Shown: piece by piece, positions 41,310-51,252 of the stretch
Numbering within the stretch: position 1 is the stretch's first letter
Layout: every line of letters starts with the position of its first letter
Assembly: GCA_965237415.1 (NCBI GenBank)
Contig: CBDEFM010000002.1
Location: forward strand, 2,176,001-2,240,000
Length of the DNA: 64,000 nucleotides
Origin: Alphaproteobacteria bacterium
GTDB lineage: Bacteria; Pseudomonadota; Alphaproteobacteria; UBA828
Direction of reading: 5' to 3'
Translations under genes and position numbers: made by a program
Notes under the pieces: generated by a model
Databases searched by the model: none
Told to the model about the DNA's origin: nothing
The model's input: only the letters and a program-made list of their open reading frames with translations

Positions 41310-43739
41310 ATGAGGGATCAGGCGCGGGTGGTGGTGATCGGCGGCGGCATCGTCGGCTGCAGCGTCCTCTACCATCTGGCGAAGCTCGGCTGGTCCGACG
41401 TCATGCTGGTCGAGAAGACCGAGCTCACCGCAGGCTCCACCTGGCACGCGGCCGGGCTGCTGCCGCTCTTCAACATGAGCTACAGCGTCGGCCAGCTGCA
41501 CAAGTACTCGATCGACCTCTACCAGCAGCTCGAGGAAGAGACCGGGCAGGCGGTGAGCTTCCACCGCACCGGCAACCTCAGGCTCGCCACCAATCAGGAG
41601 CGGATGGACGAGTACCGCAACTACTCCGGCACGGCGAACACCATCGGCGTCCCCTTCGAGCTGATCGGCCCCAACGAGATCGGCGCGCTCTGGCCGCTCT
41701 GCAACCTGGAGGGGCTGGTGGGCGCCCTCTTCCACCCCCACGACGGCCATGTCGCGCCGGTGGACGTGACCCAGGCATTGGCGAAGGGCGCGCGCGACAG
41801 GGGGGCGGAGATCAACCGCAACACCGAGGTCACCGGCATCGAGCGCACCCGTGCCGGCGAATGGCTGGTGAAGACGACGCGGGGCGACATCACCTGCGAG
41901 ACGGTGGTGACGGCCACAGGCTCCTGGGCCCGGCAGGTGGGCGCCATGGTCGGCCTCGACCTGCCGGCGATCCCGGTGGAGCACCAGTACATCGTCACCG
42001 ACACGATTCCGGAGCTGGAAGCGCGCAAGGAAGCGGGCCTTCCCGAGATGCCGGTGCTGCGGGAGAGCGATGCCTCCTACTACATGCGCGAAGAGCGTCA
42101 GGGCCTCATCCTCGGGCCTTACGAGAAGGGCGCACCGGCCTGGGCGGTGGATGGCGTGCCCGAGGGCTTCGGGCAGGAGCTTCTGCCGCCGGATATCGAA
42201 CGGCTGGAGCCGCATATCGAGGCGGCGATCAACCGGGTACCGATGTTCGGCCGCGCCGGCATCAAGGACTGCGTCAACGGCCCCATTTCCTACACGCCGG
42301 ACGGCAACCCCCTCATCGGCCCGGCCTACGGTCTCCCCAACTTCTGGCTCGCCGAGGGCTTCAGCTTCGGCATCACCGCTGCGGGCGGCGCCGGCTGGCA
42401 ACTGGCCGGCTGGATCGCCGAGGGCGAGCCCTCCATCGACATGCTGGCGGTGGACCCCCGCCGCTTCGGGGTCTACGCCAACAAGCACTACACCAAGGCC
42501 AAGAACGAGGAAGCCTACGCCCACGTCTTCATCATTCACTACCCGGACGAGGAGCGCCCGGCGGCGCGGCCCGCCAAGACCAGCCCCTGCCACGACAAGC
42601 TTGCGGCGCGCGGCGCCGTCTGGGGCCAGCGCTACGGCTGGGAGCGGCCCAACTGGTTCGCGCCCGAAGGCGTCGAGCCGCGCGACGAGTGGAGCTTCCG
42701 GCGCACCAACTATTTCGAGCCCGTGGGCGACGAATGCCGGGCTGTGCGCGAACGCGCCGGCTTGATCGACATCACCAGCTTCTCCAAGTTCCGGGTTTCC
42801 GGGCCGCAGGCGGAGGCGGCGCTCGACCGCGTGCTCGCCAACCGGCTGCCGAAGGCTGCGGGCCGCATCAAGCTCGCCCATGCGCTCACTGAGAACGGCG
42901 GCGTGCGCTCCGAGTTCACGGTGCTGCGCGAGGGGCCTGAGTCGTTCTACCTGGTTAGCTCAGGCGCGGCCGAGCGCTACGACCACGATTTCTTGCTGCG
43001 CCACGTCTCCGGCGACGGTGCGACCATCGAGAACATCACGACCGCCCACGGCGTCCTCGTGTTGGCGGGGCCGCGCTCGCGCGACATCCTGGCGGCGGTG
43101 ACCGACACCGACCTCTCCAACGAGGCATTCCCCTGGCTCACGGCGCAGCCCATCTCCATCGGCGTCGCGCCCACGGTTGCGATGCGGGTCAACTTCGTGG
43201 GCGAGCTGGGCTGGGAGCTGCACCACCCGATCGAGTATCAGAACCGCATCTTCGACGCCCTGGTAGAGGCCGGGGAGCAACACGGGCTCGCCATGTGCGG
43301 CATGCGGGCGATGGATTCGCTCAGGATCGAAAAGTCCTACCGCATGTGGGGGCAGGACCTGACCATCGAGTACTCGGCCTTCGCAGCTGGCCTGGACCGC
43401 TTCATCGCGCTGGAGAAGGGCGATTTCGTCGGCCGCGAGGCGCTGATCGGCCAGCGCGAGGCAGGCGTCCCGCAGGACTTCGTCACCCTCGAAGTGGAGG
43501 CCGACGATGCCGATCCCTGGGGCAACGAGCCGATCTACTATGGCGACACCATGATCGGCCGTGCGACATCCGGGGCCTTCGGCCACACGGTGGGCCGGAG
43601 CCTTGCGTTGGGCTACGTCGCGCGCGAGCACGCGGTGCGCGGCCGGAGGCTCGCCGTCGAGATCCTGGGCGAGCGGAGGCCTGCGCGGATCATCCCCGGC
43701 TCGCCGGTCGACCCCTCCAACGAGCGGCTCCGCGCCTAG
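41310..43739 (+). CDS. GcvT-family FAD-dependent oxidoreductase (dimethylglycine/sarcosine dehydrogenase-like)
   Basis: 'IGGGIVG', 'GSTWHAAG', 'YTPDGNP', C-terminal GcvT domain 'GELGWELH', 'SLRIEKSY'. Confidence 0.92.
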   Translation: MRDQARVVVIGGGIVGCSVLYHLAKLGWSDVMLVEKTELTAGSTWHAAGLLPLFNMSYSVGQLHKYSIDLYQQLEEETGQAVSFHRTGNLRLATNQERMDEYRNYSGTANTIGVPFELIGPNEIGALWPLCNLEGLVGALFHPHDGHVAPVDVTQALAKGARDRGAEINRNTEVTGIERTRAGEWLVKTTRGDITCETVVTATGSWARQVGAMVGLDLPAIPVEHQYIVTDTIPELEARKEAGLPEMPVLRESDASYYMREERQGLILGPYEKGAPAWAVDGVPEGFGQELLPPDIERLEPHIEAAINRVPMFGRAGIKDCVNGPISYTPDGNPLIGPAYGLPNFWLAEGFSFGITAAGGAGWQLAGWIAEGEPSIDMLAVDPRRFGVYANKHYTKAKNEEAYAHVFIIHYPDEERPAARPAKTSPCHDKLAARGAVWGQRYGWERPNWFAPEGVEPRDEWSFRRTNYFEPVGDECRAVRERAGLIDITSFSKFRVSGPQAEAALDRVLANRLPKAAGRIKLAHALTENGGVRSEFTVLREGPESFYLVSSGAAERYDHDFLLRHVSGDGATIENITTAHGVLVLAGPRSRDILAAVTDTDLSNEAFPWLTAQPISIGVAPTVAMRVNFVGELGWELHHPIEYQNRIFDALVEAGEQHGLAMCGMRAMDSLRIEKSYRMWGQDLTIEYSAFAAGLDRFIALEKGDFVGREALIGQREAGVPQDFVTLEVEADDADPWGNEPIYYGDTMIGRATSGAFGHTVGRSLALGYVAREHAVRGRRLAVEILGERRPARIIPGSPVDPSNERLRA

Positions 43740-43758
43740 ACCGCTCGGGGCGCGCGAC

Positions 43759-43791
43759 ACACAGCATCGAGGACACAGCATCGAGGACACA
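43759..43791 (+). repeat. 14-bp tandem duplication covering the RBS
   Basis: ACACAGCATCGAGG twice plus ACACA, directly before the ATG at 43794. Confidence 0.85.
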
Positions 43792-43793
43792 CC

Positions 43794-44606
43794 ATGGCAC
43801 TCGCCGAGCGCGACATCACTGTCGAGGGGCACCGGGTTCATCTCTGGGAAGGAGGCGAAGGCTTCCCGATCCTGATGCTGCATGGCTCCGGCCCCGGCGC
43901 CGGCACCATCGGCAATTGGCGCCTGGTGCTGGAGCCGTTGGCGGCGCGCTACCGGATCACGGCCACCGACCTGATCGGCTTCGGCGCCTCCGGGCGGAAA
44001 GAGCAGGAGCCCTATTTCGACCTGTCGCTCTGGCGGCGCCAGGCCCAGGCAGTGCTCGACCTTCTGTCCGCAGGCGAGGTGGGCGTGATCGGCCATTCGC
44101 TCTCGGCCAGCCTTGCGCTGGGTCTCGCGATGGACAATCCCCGCGTCACCAGGGTGATGACCACCGGGGCCATGGGCGCGCCCGCGCGTGCAAACCGCGA
44201 GACCGAGATCTGCTGGCGCTTCCCCGAGACCCGCGAAGAGCTGCGGGAGGCGGCGGAGATCCTGGTCCACGACCCGTCCGTCATCACCGACGCCTTCCTC
44301 GACGCGCGCATGGCGATCCTCCACGACGGCGAGTACGGCCCCTACTTCCGCAGCATGTTCGCGGGCGACAAGCAGCGCTACATCGACGAGGCGGTGCTCC
44401 CGCCCGATCGTTTGTCGTCGCTCGCCTGCCAGGTGATGATGCTCCACGGCCGCGACGACCGGCCCTTCCCGTGCGAGGAGAACACGCGCGTGCTCGCCCG
44501 TCATATTCGGAAGGCCGACACGTTCGTGATCGGCGAATGCGGCCATTCGCCGGCGCTCGAACATCCTGATAAACTGGTGGCTGCGGCGCAGATGCTGTTC
44601 GGCTGA
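43794..44606 (+). CDS. Alpha/beta hydrolase (meta-cleavage-product hydrolase-like)
   Basis: 'LHGSGPG', 'NW', 'DLIGFG', nucleophile 'GHSLS', 'HGRDD', 'CGH'. Confidence 0.85.
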   Translation: MALAERDITVEGHRVHLWEGGEGFPILMLHGSGPGAGTIGNWRLVLEPLAARYRITATDLIGFGASGRKEQEPYFDLSLWRRQAQAVLDLLSAGEVGVIGHSLSASLALGLAMDNPRVTRVMTTGAMGAPARANRETEICWRFPETREELREAAEILVHDPSVITDAFLDARMAILHDGEYGPYFRSMFAGDKQRYIDEAVLPPDRLSSLACQVMMLHGRDDRPFPCEENTRVLARHIRKADTFVIGECGHSPALEHPDKLVAAAQMLFG

Positions 44607-44693
44607 CGCCGAACGAGCGCGGCCCGGGCGCCACGGAAATCTAGACCCGATCGGCGCGGGCCCAAGCGTGCCGGTATGACGATGGAGCGGGCG

Positions 44694-46061
44694 ATGCGTA
44701 AACATATTCGATGCGGTCAGCTGTTCACCGGGCTCGGTGACGGTGCGGAACGCGATCAGACGGTGGTGACCGAGGGCGAGCGGATCGCCTATGTGGGGCC
44801 GAGCGCGGGCGCGCCCGTGGCGGCGGCGGAAGACGAGGTGGTGGACCACTCCGGCCATTTCGTGATGCCCGGTCTGATCGACGTCCACGTCCACCTCTCC
44901 TACGGCAATGCCAAGACCGAAGAGGACATCGACCTCTACGCCCCGGTCGAGTTCCGCGCGCTGCGCGGGCTGGAGGCGGCCCAGCGGGTGCTCGCCGCAG
45001 GCTTCACCTCGATGGCCGACCCGACCACGAGCGGTCGCGTCACACCCTCGATCCGCGACGCTATCGACGCGGGCCTCTTCCCAGGCCCCCGCATCACCTG
45101 CTCCGGGCGCCAGATCACCAACCGGCAGGGGCTTTCCGACTGGTATCCCAGCTGGGTCGGCGTGCCCGAGACCTCCATCGGCGTGCTCGCCCGCGATGCC
45201 GCCGAGGGGATCGCGGAGATCCGCACCATGGTCAAGGACGGTGTGGACTTCATCAAGATCGCCATGGACGGCGATTCGATGAACCCGATGACCAGCGTCC
45301 TCGTTGCCGGCTACAACCAGGAAGAAACTACGGCGATGGTCGCGGAGGCCCACCGGCTCGGCAAGAAGGTGGTGGTGCACGCGCGTGGCGCCGAGGCCGT
45401 GCTCTATTCCGCCCGTGCCGGCGTCGACGTGATCCTGCATGCCGCCTGGATGGACGACGAGGGGCTGGAGGCGGTGGTCGAGAACGGCTGCATGATCTGC
45501 CCGACTTTCAGCCTGGTGGTGAACGACATCGACTTCACCCGGCCGGGCGATGGCTGCTATCCGGGCTTCCCGGACGCGCACAAGCGCGAGATCGAGGCCG
45601 CCCAGCGCTCCCTCGTGAAGGCGCGGGATGCGGGCGTGACCTTCCTCTCCGGCACGGATTCCGGCTTCGCGGTGACACCCTACGGCGAATGGCATGCCCG
45701 CGAGCTCGAGCACATGGTGACCTACCTCGGCATCTCGGCGGCCGAGGCGCTGCGCTGCGCCACGGTCAACAACAGCACCTTCGTGCGCGAGGAAGGCCAA
45801 GTGGGCGCGCTGGAGCAGGGCCGGCTCGCCGATATCCTGATCTTCGACGGAGACCCGCTGGCCGATATCACCCAGCTTCAGGACCGCAGCCGCATCCGCG
45901 AGATCATCCTCGGCGGCGAGACGGTGAACCTCGCCATCAACCCGAAGGCGCAGCGTCTCCGCTCCGAGTTCTCCTACGAGATGTGGCACCAGGTCTACAC
46001 GCAGGAGCGGATCACCGAGATCGGCATGAACCGCCCGGTTTCGGCCGAAGCCGCCGAGTAG
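44694..46061 (+). CDS. Metal-dependent amidohydrolase (prolidase-like subgroup)
   Basis: 'PGLIDVHVH', 'FIK', 'VHA', 'ILHA', 'GTDSG', 'G.LADILI'. Confidence 0.9.
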   Translation: MRKHIRCGQLFTGLGDGAERDQTVVTEGERIAYVGPSAGAPVAAAEDEVVDHSGHFVMPGLIDVHVHLSYGNAKTEEDIDLYAPVEFRALRGLEAAQRVLAAGFTSMADPTTSGRVTPSIRDAIDAGLFPGPRITCSGRQITNRQGLSDWYPSWVGVPETSIGVLARDAAEGIAEIRTMVKDGVDFIKIAMDGDSMNPMTSVLVAGYNQEETTAMVAEAHRLGKKVVVHARGAEAVLYSARAGVDVILHAAWMDDEGLEAVVENGCMICPTFSLVVNDIDFTRPGDGCYPGFPDAHKREIEAAQRSLVKARDAGVTFLSGTDSGFAVTPYGEWHARELEHMVTYLGISAAEALRCATVNNSTFVREEGQVGALEQGRLADILIFDGDPLADITQLQDRSRIREIILGGETVNLAINPKAQRLRSEFSYEMWHQVYTQERITEIGMNRPVSAEAAE

Positions 46062-46156
46062 TATCCGCAGGGCGACACCGGGCGGCGCGTCGGCGCGTTC
46101 CGGCGGGCCGCCCCTTTGCCCTGAACCTTCCGATCTGAAACGGGGAGCGAGCCGCC

Positions 46157-47329
46157 ATGCCCGTCATCAACCGCATCGCCGCGATCCACGACGATATGAC
46201 GACGTGGCGGCGCGATATCCACGCCCATCCGGAACTGGGTTTCGAGGAGGAACGCACCGCAGCCATCGTGGCCCAAAAACTCGAGTCCTTCGGCATTCCG
46301 GTGCATCGGGGGCTCGCGAAGACCGGCGTGGTGGGCGTCCTCGAAGGCGCGCCGGGCGAGGGCGCCATCGCGCTCCGCGCCGACATGGACGCGCTGCCGA
46401 TCCTCGAGGGGAAGCACGTCGCCCACCGCTCGACCAACGACGGCACCATGCACGCCTGCGGCCATGACGGGCACACGACGATGCTGTTGGGTGCGGCGCG
46501 ATACCTGGCCGAGACCCGCAACTTTGCCGGCACGGTCTATTTCGTCTTCCAGCCCGCCGAGGAAGGCCTCGGCGGCGGCGAGGCCATGGTGAAGGAGGGG
46601 CTGTTCGAGCGCTTCCCGGCCGAGGCCGTCTACGGCATGCACAACTGGCCGGGAATGCCGCCGGGGGAGATCGCCGTCCGCACCGGGCCGATGATGGCGG
46701 CGTGCGATGAGTTCGAGATCACGGTGGAGGGCACCGGCGCTCACGGCGCCATGCCCCACCTCGGCCTCGATCCCGTGGTGGCATCGGCGCAGATCGTCAC
46801 CGGGCTCCAGTCGATCGTGGCCCGCAACGTCGACCCGCTGGAGTCGGGCGTTGTCAGCGTGACGATGATCCACGGCGGCGACGCCTTCAACGTCATCCCG
46901 CAATCGGTCGAGCTCGCGGGCACCGTCCGTACCTTCAAGCCCGAGGTAAGAGAGACCATCGCCTCGGGGATCGAGCGGATTGCAGAGAGCACGGCAGCCG
47001 CGTTCGGTGCCAGGGCCACGGTCAAGGTGGAGGCGCGCTACCCCGCCACGGTCAACACCGGAGACGAGACCGACCGTGCCGAGGCCGCCGCCCAGGCCGT
47101 GGTGGGCACGGAGCGCGTCCACCGGGACGTCGCGCCCTGCATGGGCTCGGAGGATTTCGCCTACATGCTCCAGGCCCGGCCCGGCAGCTATATCTGGATC
47201 GGCAACGGCTTGGGCCCCGGCGGCTGCTTCCTCCACAACCCGGGCTACGACTTCAACGACGAGATCCTGCCCATCGGCGCGAGCTACTGGGCCACCCTGG
47301 TCGAGCGGGAGCTCGCGGCGAACCGCTGA
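46157..47329 (+). CDS. M20 aminoacylase (hippurate hydrolase-like)
   Basis: 'HPELGFEE', 'RADMDALP', 'MHACGHDGH', 'FQPAEE', 'SEDF', 'LHNP.YDFND'. Confidence 0.93.
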   Translation: MPVINRIAAIHDDMTTWRRDIHAHPELGFEEERTAAIVAQKLESFGIPVHRGLAKTGVVGVLEGAPGEGAIALRADMDALPILEGKHVAHRSTNDGTMHACGHDGHTTMLLGAARYLAETRNFAGTVYFVFQPAEEGLGGGEAMVKEGLFERFPAEAVYGMHNWPGMPPGEIAVRTGPMMAACDEFEITVEGTGAHGAMPHLGLDPVVASAQIVTGLQSIVARNVDPLESGVVSVTMIHGGDAFNVIPQSVELAGTVRTFKPEVRETIASGIERIAESTAAAFGARATVKVEARYPATVNTGDETDRAEAAAQAVVGTERVHRDVAPCMGSEDFAYMLQARPGSYIWIGNGLGPGGCFLHNPGYDFNDEILPIGASYWATLVERELAANR

Positions 47330-47371
47330 GCGACCGCGACACCATCGCCGGGCGCGCACGGGCTCGATGGC

Positions 47372-48268
47372 ATGAACGACACGATGGAAACGCGCGCGCC
47401 GGCATGGGGCGCCGAGGCAGCGCGGCGCCAACTCACTGCCGACGGCTTCTGCCACGTGCCGGGCGTGCTCGACCCCGCGGTACTGCACGCGACCGTGAAG
47501 GCGGCGGGCCACGCCCTCGGAACCATCGGCGCGGATCACCGCGCGCAGTGGCGCTCGCAGGGGAGCCTCGTCCCCGTCGCGGACCACCCGTCTTTTGCGG
47601 CGCTCATCGCTCATCCCGGGTTCCAGGAGATGTTTGGGGGGCTTGGCTTTCACGGCACGCGCTTCTCCTCCGGCTACGTGATCAGCAAGCCGCCGGGTGG
47701 GCCGGCGCTCTTCTGGCATCAGGACTGGTGGGGCTGGCAACATCCGATTTCGCGCGAGGACCGTATCGCCCAGGTCGCGCTCTTCCTCTACATGACCGAC
47801 ACGACGTGGGAGAACGGCTGCCTCAGGCTCATCCCCGGCTCTCACCGCAGGCCGCATCCGCTGCATGACCTCGTCGATGCCCACGACCCGACGCTCGCGG
47901 AGGTGAGAAACCCGGACGATGCCGCGTTCGCCTCGCATCCGGACGAGGTCGACGTGCCGGTGACGGCGGGCGATGTCGTCGTGGTCGATGCCCGGCTGGT
48001 CCACGGCGCCCATCCCAATCGCTCCGACAAGGAACGCACCAACATCACGCTCTGGTGGCATCCCGACTATGAGGGATTGCCGGCGTCGCTCCGGGCACGC
48101 ATCTGGCGAATTTACGAGCGGGAGGGATCGGATACGGACATTGCCGCCGACCGCACGCTCCGACCCGACACCTGGCCCGAGCCCTATCGCAGCCAGGCTC
48201 TTCCCTTCGTCGTCACCGATCCGGGCCCTGTTGCGCCTGAACCCTGGATCCGCGCGCCTGCGTACTAG
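47372..48268 (+). CDS. PhyH family Fe(II)/2-oxoglutarate dioxygenase
   Basis: 'WHQD', 'NGCLRLIPGSH', 'AGD..V.D.RLVHGA..N.S..ERT'. Confidence 0.88.
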   Translation: MNDTMETRAPAWGAEAARRQLTADGFCHVPGVLDPAVLHATVKAAGHALGTIGADHRAQWRSQGSLVPVADHPSFAALIAHPGFQEMFGGLGFHGTRFSSGYVISKPPGGPALFWHQDWWGWQHPISREDRIAQVALFLYMTDTTWENGCLRLIPGSHRRPHPLHDLVDAHDPTLAEVRNPDDAAFASHPDEVDVPVTAGDVVVVDARLVHGAHPNRSDKERTNITLWWHPDYEGLPASLRARIWRIYEREGSDTDIAADRTLRPDTWPEPYRSQALPFVVTDPGPVAPEPWIRAPAY

Positions 48269-48303
48269 GCCACATTTCTCACCAGTTCGCGGCCCGCGTG
48301 GAG

Positions 48304-48318
48304 TGGCATACCCCTTGC
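48304..48318 (+). promoter_or_regulatory. Putative sigma-54 (-24/-12) promoter
   Basis: TGGCAT-ACCCC-TTGC with canonical GG-N10-GC spacing, upstream of the sugar-type ABC operon. Confidence 0.6.
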
Positions 48319-48535
48319 GCCACAGCGGGCGCCGCCGCTGAGTTGCCCCGGCGGCATCCGAATGGGAAACTTTGGATAGTGCGTGCGCCGGCCCGCGTTC
48401 GATCCGCAGTCCCTGTGGGCTCCGCGCGAACGGCCGGACGTACGGTCACATGAGAGTTCGGCGTCGTCGCCGGCAGTTGGACAGGCCCTCGGGCGTGCCG
48501 CTTGTCCGGACTGCGTCAACAAGGGAGATAAGGTC

Positions 48536-49621
48536 ATGATGAGTTTCGGCAACACATTGCGTCACGTGCTGAAGAGGCCGCTGACGACGGCGCTTGCGCT
48601 TGGGCTCGGCGTCGCGCTGCTGACGGTGCTCGACGCCACTCGCGCGGAGGCAGGCGATGCCGCCGAGAACGCAAAAAAGATTCTCGAATTCGACGCGCGG
48701 AACACCACGCCGTCCAAGGCCTACCGGATCGCCTATCTGACCGAGTGCGGCCAGAACCCCTATTGCTCGGCGCGGCGCGCAGGCCTTGAGGCAGCCGCCC
48801 AGAAGTACGGATTCACCTACAAGCGCTTCGCCGCCAACTTCAACCCGGCGACGCAGATCAAACAGGTGCAGAACGCGATCACCGAGGGCTTCGACGGCTA
48901 CCTGTTCGCGCCGACGGCGGCTGCGGCCGCCTGCTCGATGTGGAAGCGCCACCTCGAGCCGCTCGACGAGCCCACCGTTTCTCTGGATCTGCCGATGTGC
49001 GACGACGCCGACTATTCTGCAGGTCTGGCGGCAACGATCACCATGCAGCGCCAAGCCTACTACAACGCCCATGTCGACAACGCGCTCGCATCCTGCACGG
49101 AGCCCTGCGAGGTTGCGGCGGTCGGCGGCTTCGTCGGTTCCGACCTGTTCGGGTTCTGGGAGAACGCCATCCAGCAGGGCATCGAGAAGTTTCCGAACGC
49201 CGACGTGGTCTCCGACCAGCCGGCGAACTTCGACCCGCGCGTGGCCCTGGAGAAAATCCAGAACGCGCTGCTCGCGCATCCCGATATCACGGTGATTCTC
49301 TCGTCCTGGGACGACATGTCGCGCGGTGTCGAGCAGGCGGTCGAGGCCGCAGGCAAGAAGCCCGGCACCGACGTCAGGATCTATTCCATCGGTGCCACCA
49401 AGGACGGCATCGCCAAGGTGAAGGCCGGCGTCTACAACGAGACGACGGTGCTGCTGCCCTGGGAGGAGTCCTACTACGCCGCCGTTGCGTTGATTGCCGC
49501 GCTCGAGGGCGAGCCGATCAACGGGTACGTCAACGAGGCGGACCTGCCGGCGGTGGCGGATGGCCCCGGCACGATCATCATCACGAAAGAGAACGCCGAC
49601 ACGATGAACCCCAACTATTAG
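48536..49621 (+). CDS. Sugar-type (CUT2) ABC transporter substrate-binding protein
   Basis: Signal peptide; 'AANFNPATQIKQVQNAI..GFDG', 'L.AHPDI'; precedes ATPase and permease. Confidence 0.88.
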   Translation: MMSFGNTLRHVLKRPLTTALALGLGVALLTVLDATRAEAGDAAENAKKILEFDARNTTPSKAYRIAYLTECGQNPYCSARRAGLEAAAQKYGFTYKRFAANFNPATQIKQVQNAITEGFDGYLFAPTAAAAACSMWKRHLEPLDEPTVSLDLPMCDDADYSAGLAATITMQRQAYYNAHVDNALASCTEPCEVAAVGGFVGSDLFGFWENAIQQGIEKFPNADVVSDQPANFDPRVALEKIQNALLAHPDITVILSSWDDMSRGVEQAVEAAGKKPGTDVRIYSIGATKDGIAKVKAGVYNETTVLLPWEESYYAAVALIAALEGEPINGYVNEADLPAVADGPGTIIITKENADTMNPNY

Positions 49622-49710
49622 GGGCGCAGCGGCGCGGGGGCCGGGGACGCACACCCGGCCCTCTTCGCCCGTTCCCTCGTGAAACGAGCGGGCGTGGAAG
49701 GCGCTAGGCA

Positions 49711-51252
49711 TTGGAGGCTCGGATCGACCCGCCCGCAACATCGTCCGCCGGGCTCGACGCCATCCACGTCGAGCGCGTCTCGAAGTCGTTCCCCGGCGTT
49801 CAGGCGCTCAAGGGTATCGATTTCGTGCTTCGTGAAGGCGAGGTCCACGGCCTCGTGGGCGAGAACGGCGCCGGCAAATCCACGCTGATCAAGATCCTCA
49901 CCGGCGCCTACACAGCCGATAAGGGCAGCATCGAGATATTCGGCGAAGCGGTCGACCAGCACGGCCCCCGCGCCCAGCAGCGCGCGGGCGTCGCTGCGAT
50001 CTACCAGGAACTCACCATCGTCGCGGACATGTCCGCAGCCTCGAACGTGTTTCTCGGCCGCCCCATGCGGCGGGGACCCATAGTGAATCGGCGCGCCATG
50101 GAACAGCGCTTCCGGGAGCTGGGCGCCCGTCTCGGCGTCACTATTCAGCCGAGGGCCCTTGCCGGCGATCTCTCGGTGGCAAACCAGCAGATACTGGAGA
50201 TCATGCGGGCGCTCCAGGCCGATCATCGCATTCTCATCATGGACGAGCCCACGGCGTCGCTCGGGCCCAACGAGCGCGAGCGGCTCTACGAGACGGTGGG
50301 TCGGCTTCGCGACGAGCGCACGTCGGTCATCTATATCTCCCATGATCTGGACGAGGTGCTGAGACTCTGCGACCGAATCTCGGTCATGCGCGACGGGGAG
50401 ATGGTCGCCACGGCCGACGTCGGCGCGTGGGACAAGGAGAAGCTGGTCAGCACCATGCTGGGGACCGAGTTGCGCGCGCTCCCCGCGCGCCGGCGTGCCT
50501 CGGACGGTGATGAGCTCCTGCGCGTGGACGGCGTCGCGGTGCCCGGCAAGCTCCAGGACATCTCGTTCGTCCTCCGCGCCGGCGAGATATTCGGGATCGC
50601 GGGCCTGGTGGGCGCAGGCAGAACCGAGCTGCTGTGCGCCCTGGCGGGCACTCAGCCCGGCGCCGCAGGAACGCTCACAATCGATGGCCGCACGCAGCCC
50701 TTGCCACGCACGATCGGCCGGGCACTGAAGCTCGGGATCGCGCTTACGCCCGAAGATCGAAAAGGCCAGGGGCTGGTGCTGAGCCAGAGCGGTTTCGTGA
50801 ACGTCACCATGACCGACATGCGCGGAATCGCGCCCGGCGCGATCGTGCGAAGCGGGCGCCGCAAATCCGCGGCCGAGGCGATCGCCACCTCGCTCGCCTT
50901 CGACCCGCGCCGTCTGGGCGCGCCGACGGAGACGCTGTCCGGCGGCAATCAGCAGAAGCTCGTGGTCGGCAAATGGCTTCACCGCCGGCCGCGGGTGCTG
51001 TTGATGGACGAGCCCACGCGCGGCATCGATGTCGGCGCGAAGGGAGAGATGTTCGCCGTCATGCGCCGCCTGGCCGACGAAGGAATGGCGATCATCATGG
51101 TGTCCTCGGAGCTCGAGGAGGTGGTCGAGATTGCCGACCGCGTCCTGGTGCTGGCCAAGGGACGGCAGGTTGCCATCCTGGAGCGTGAGGACCTCTCCCT
51201 GGAGCGCGTTCTCACGATGACGTTTGGCGTGGAGGGGGAGGCTGCGGCATGA
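49711..51252 (+). CDS. Sugar ABC transporter ATP-binding protein (RbsA-like, two NBDs)
   Basis: 'GENGAGKST', 'DEPTASL', 'GLVGAGRTE', 'LSGGNQQK', 'DEPTRGIDVGAK'. Confidence 0.94.
   Translation: MEARIDPPATSSAGLDAIHVERVSKSFPGVQALKGIDFVLREGEVHGLVGENGAGKSTLIKILTGAYTADKGSIEIFGEAVDQHGPRAQQRAGVAAIYQELTIVADMSAASNVFLGRPMRRGPIVNRRAMEQRFRELGARLGVTIQPRALAGDLSVANQQILEIMRALQADHRILIMDEPTASLGPNERERLYETVGRLRDERTSVIYISHDLDEVLRLCDRISVMRDGEMVATADVGAWDKEKLVSTMLGTELRALPARRRASDGDELLRVDGVAVPGKLQDISFVLRAGEIFGIAGLVGAGRTELLCALAGTQPGAAGTLTIDGRTQPLPRTIGRALKLGIALTPEDRKGQGLVLSQSGFVNVTMTDMRGIAPGAIVRSGRRKSAAEAIATSLAFDPRRLGAPTETLSGGNQQKLVVGKWLHRRPRVLLMDEPTRGIDVGAKGEMFAVMRRLADEGMAIIMVSSELEEVVEIADRVLVLAKGRQVAILEREDLSLERVLTMTFGVEGEAAA

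Noticed and set aside
42960-45989. 1009-aa minus-strand ORF, and similar long antisense or alternate-frame ORFs (16807..19365, 40367..42892, 34281..36284, 55827..58067)
   Set aside because: Shadow ORFs of high-GC coding regions; they overlap well-supported genes and show no family motifs
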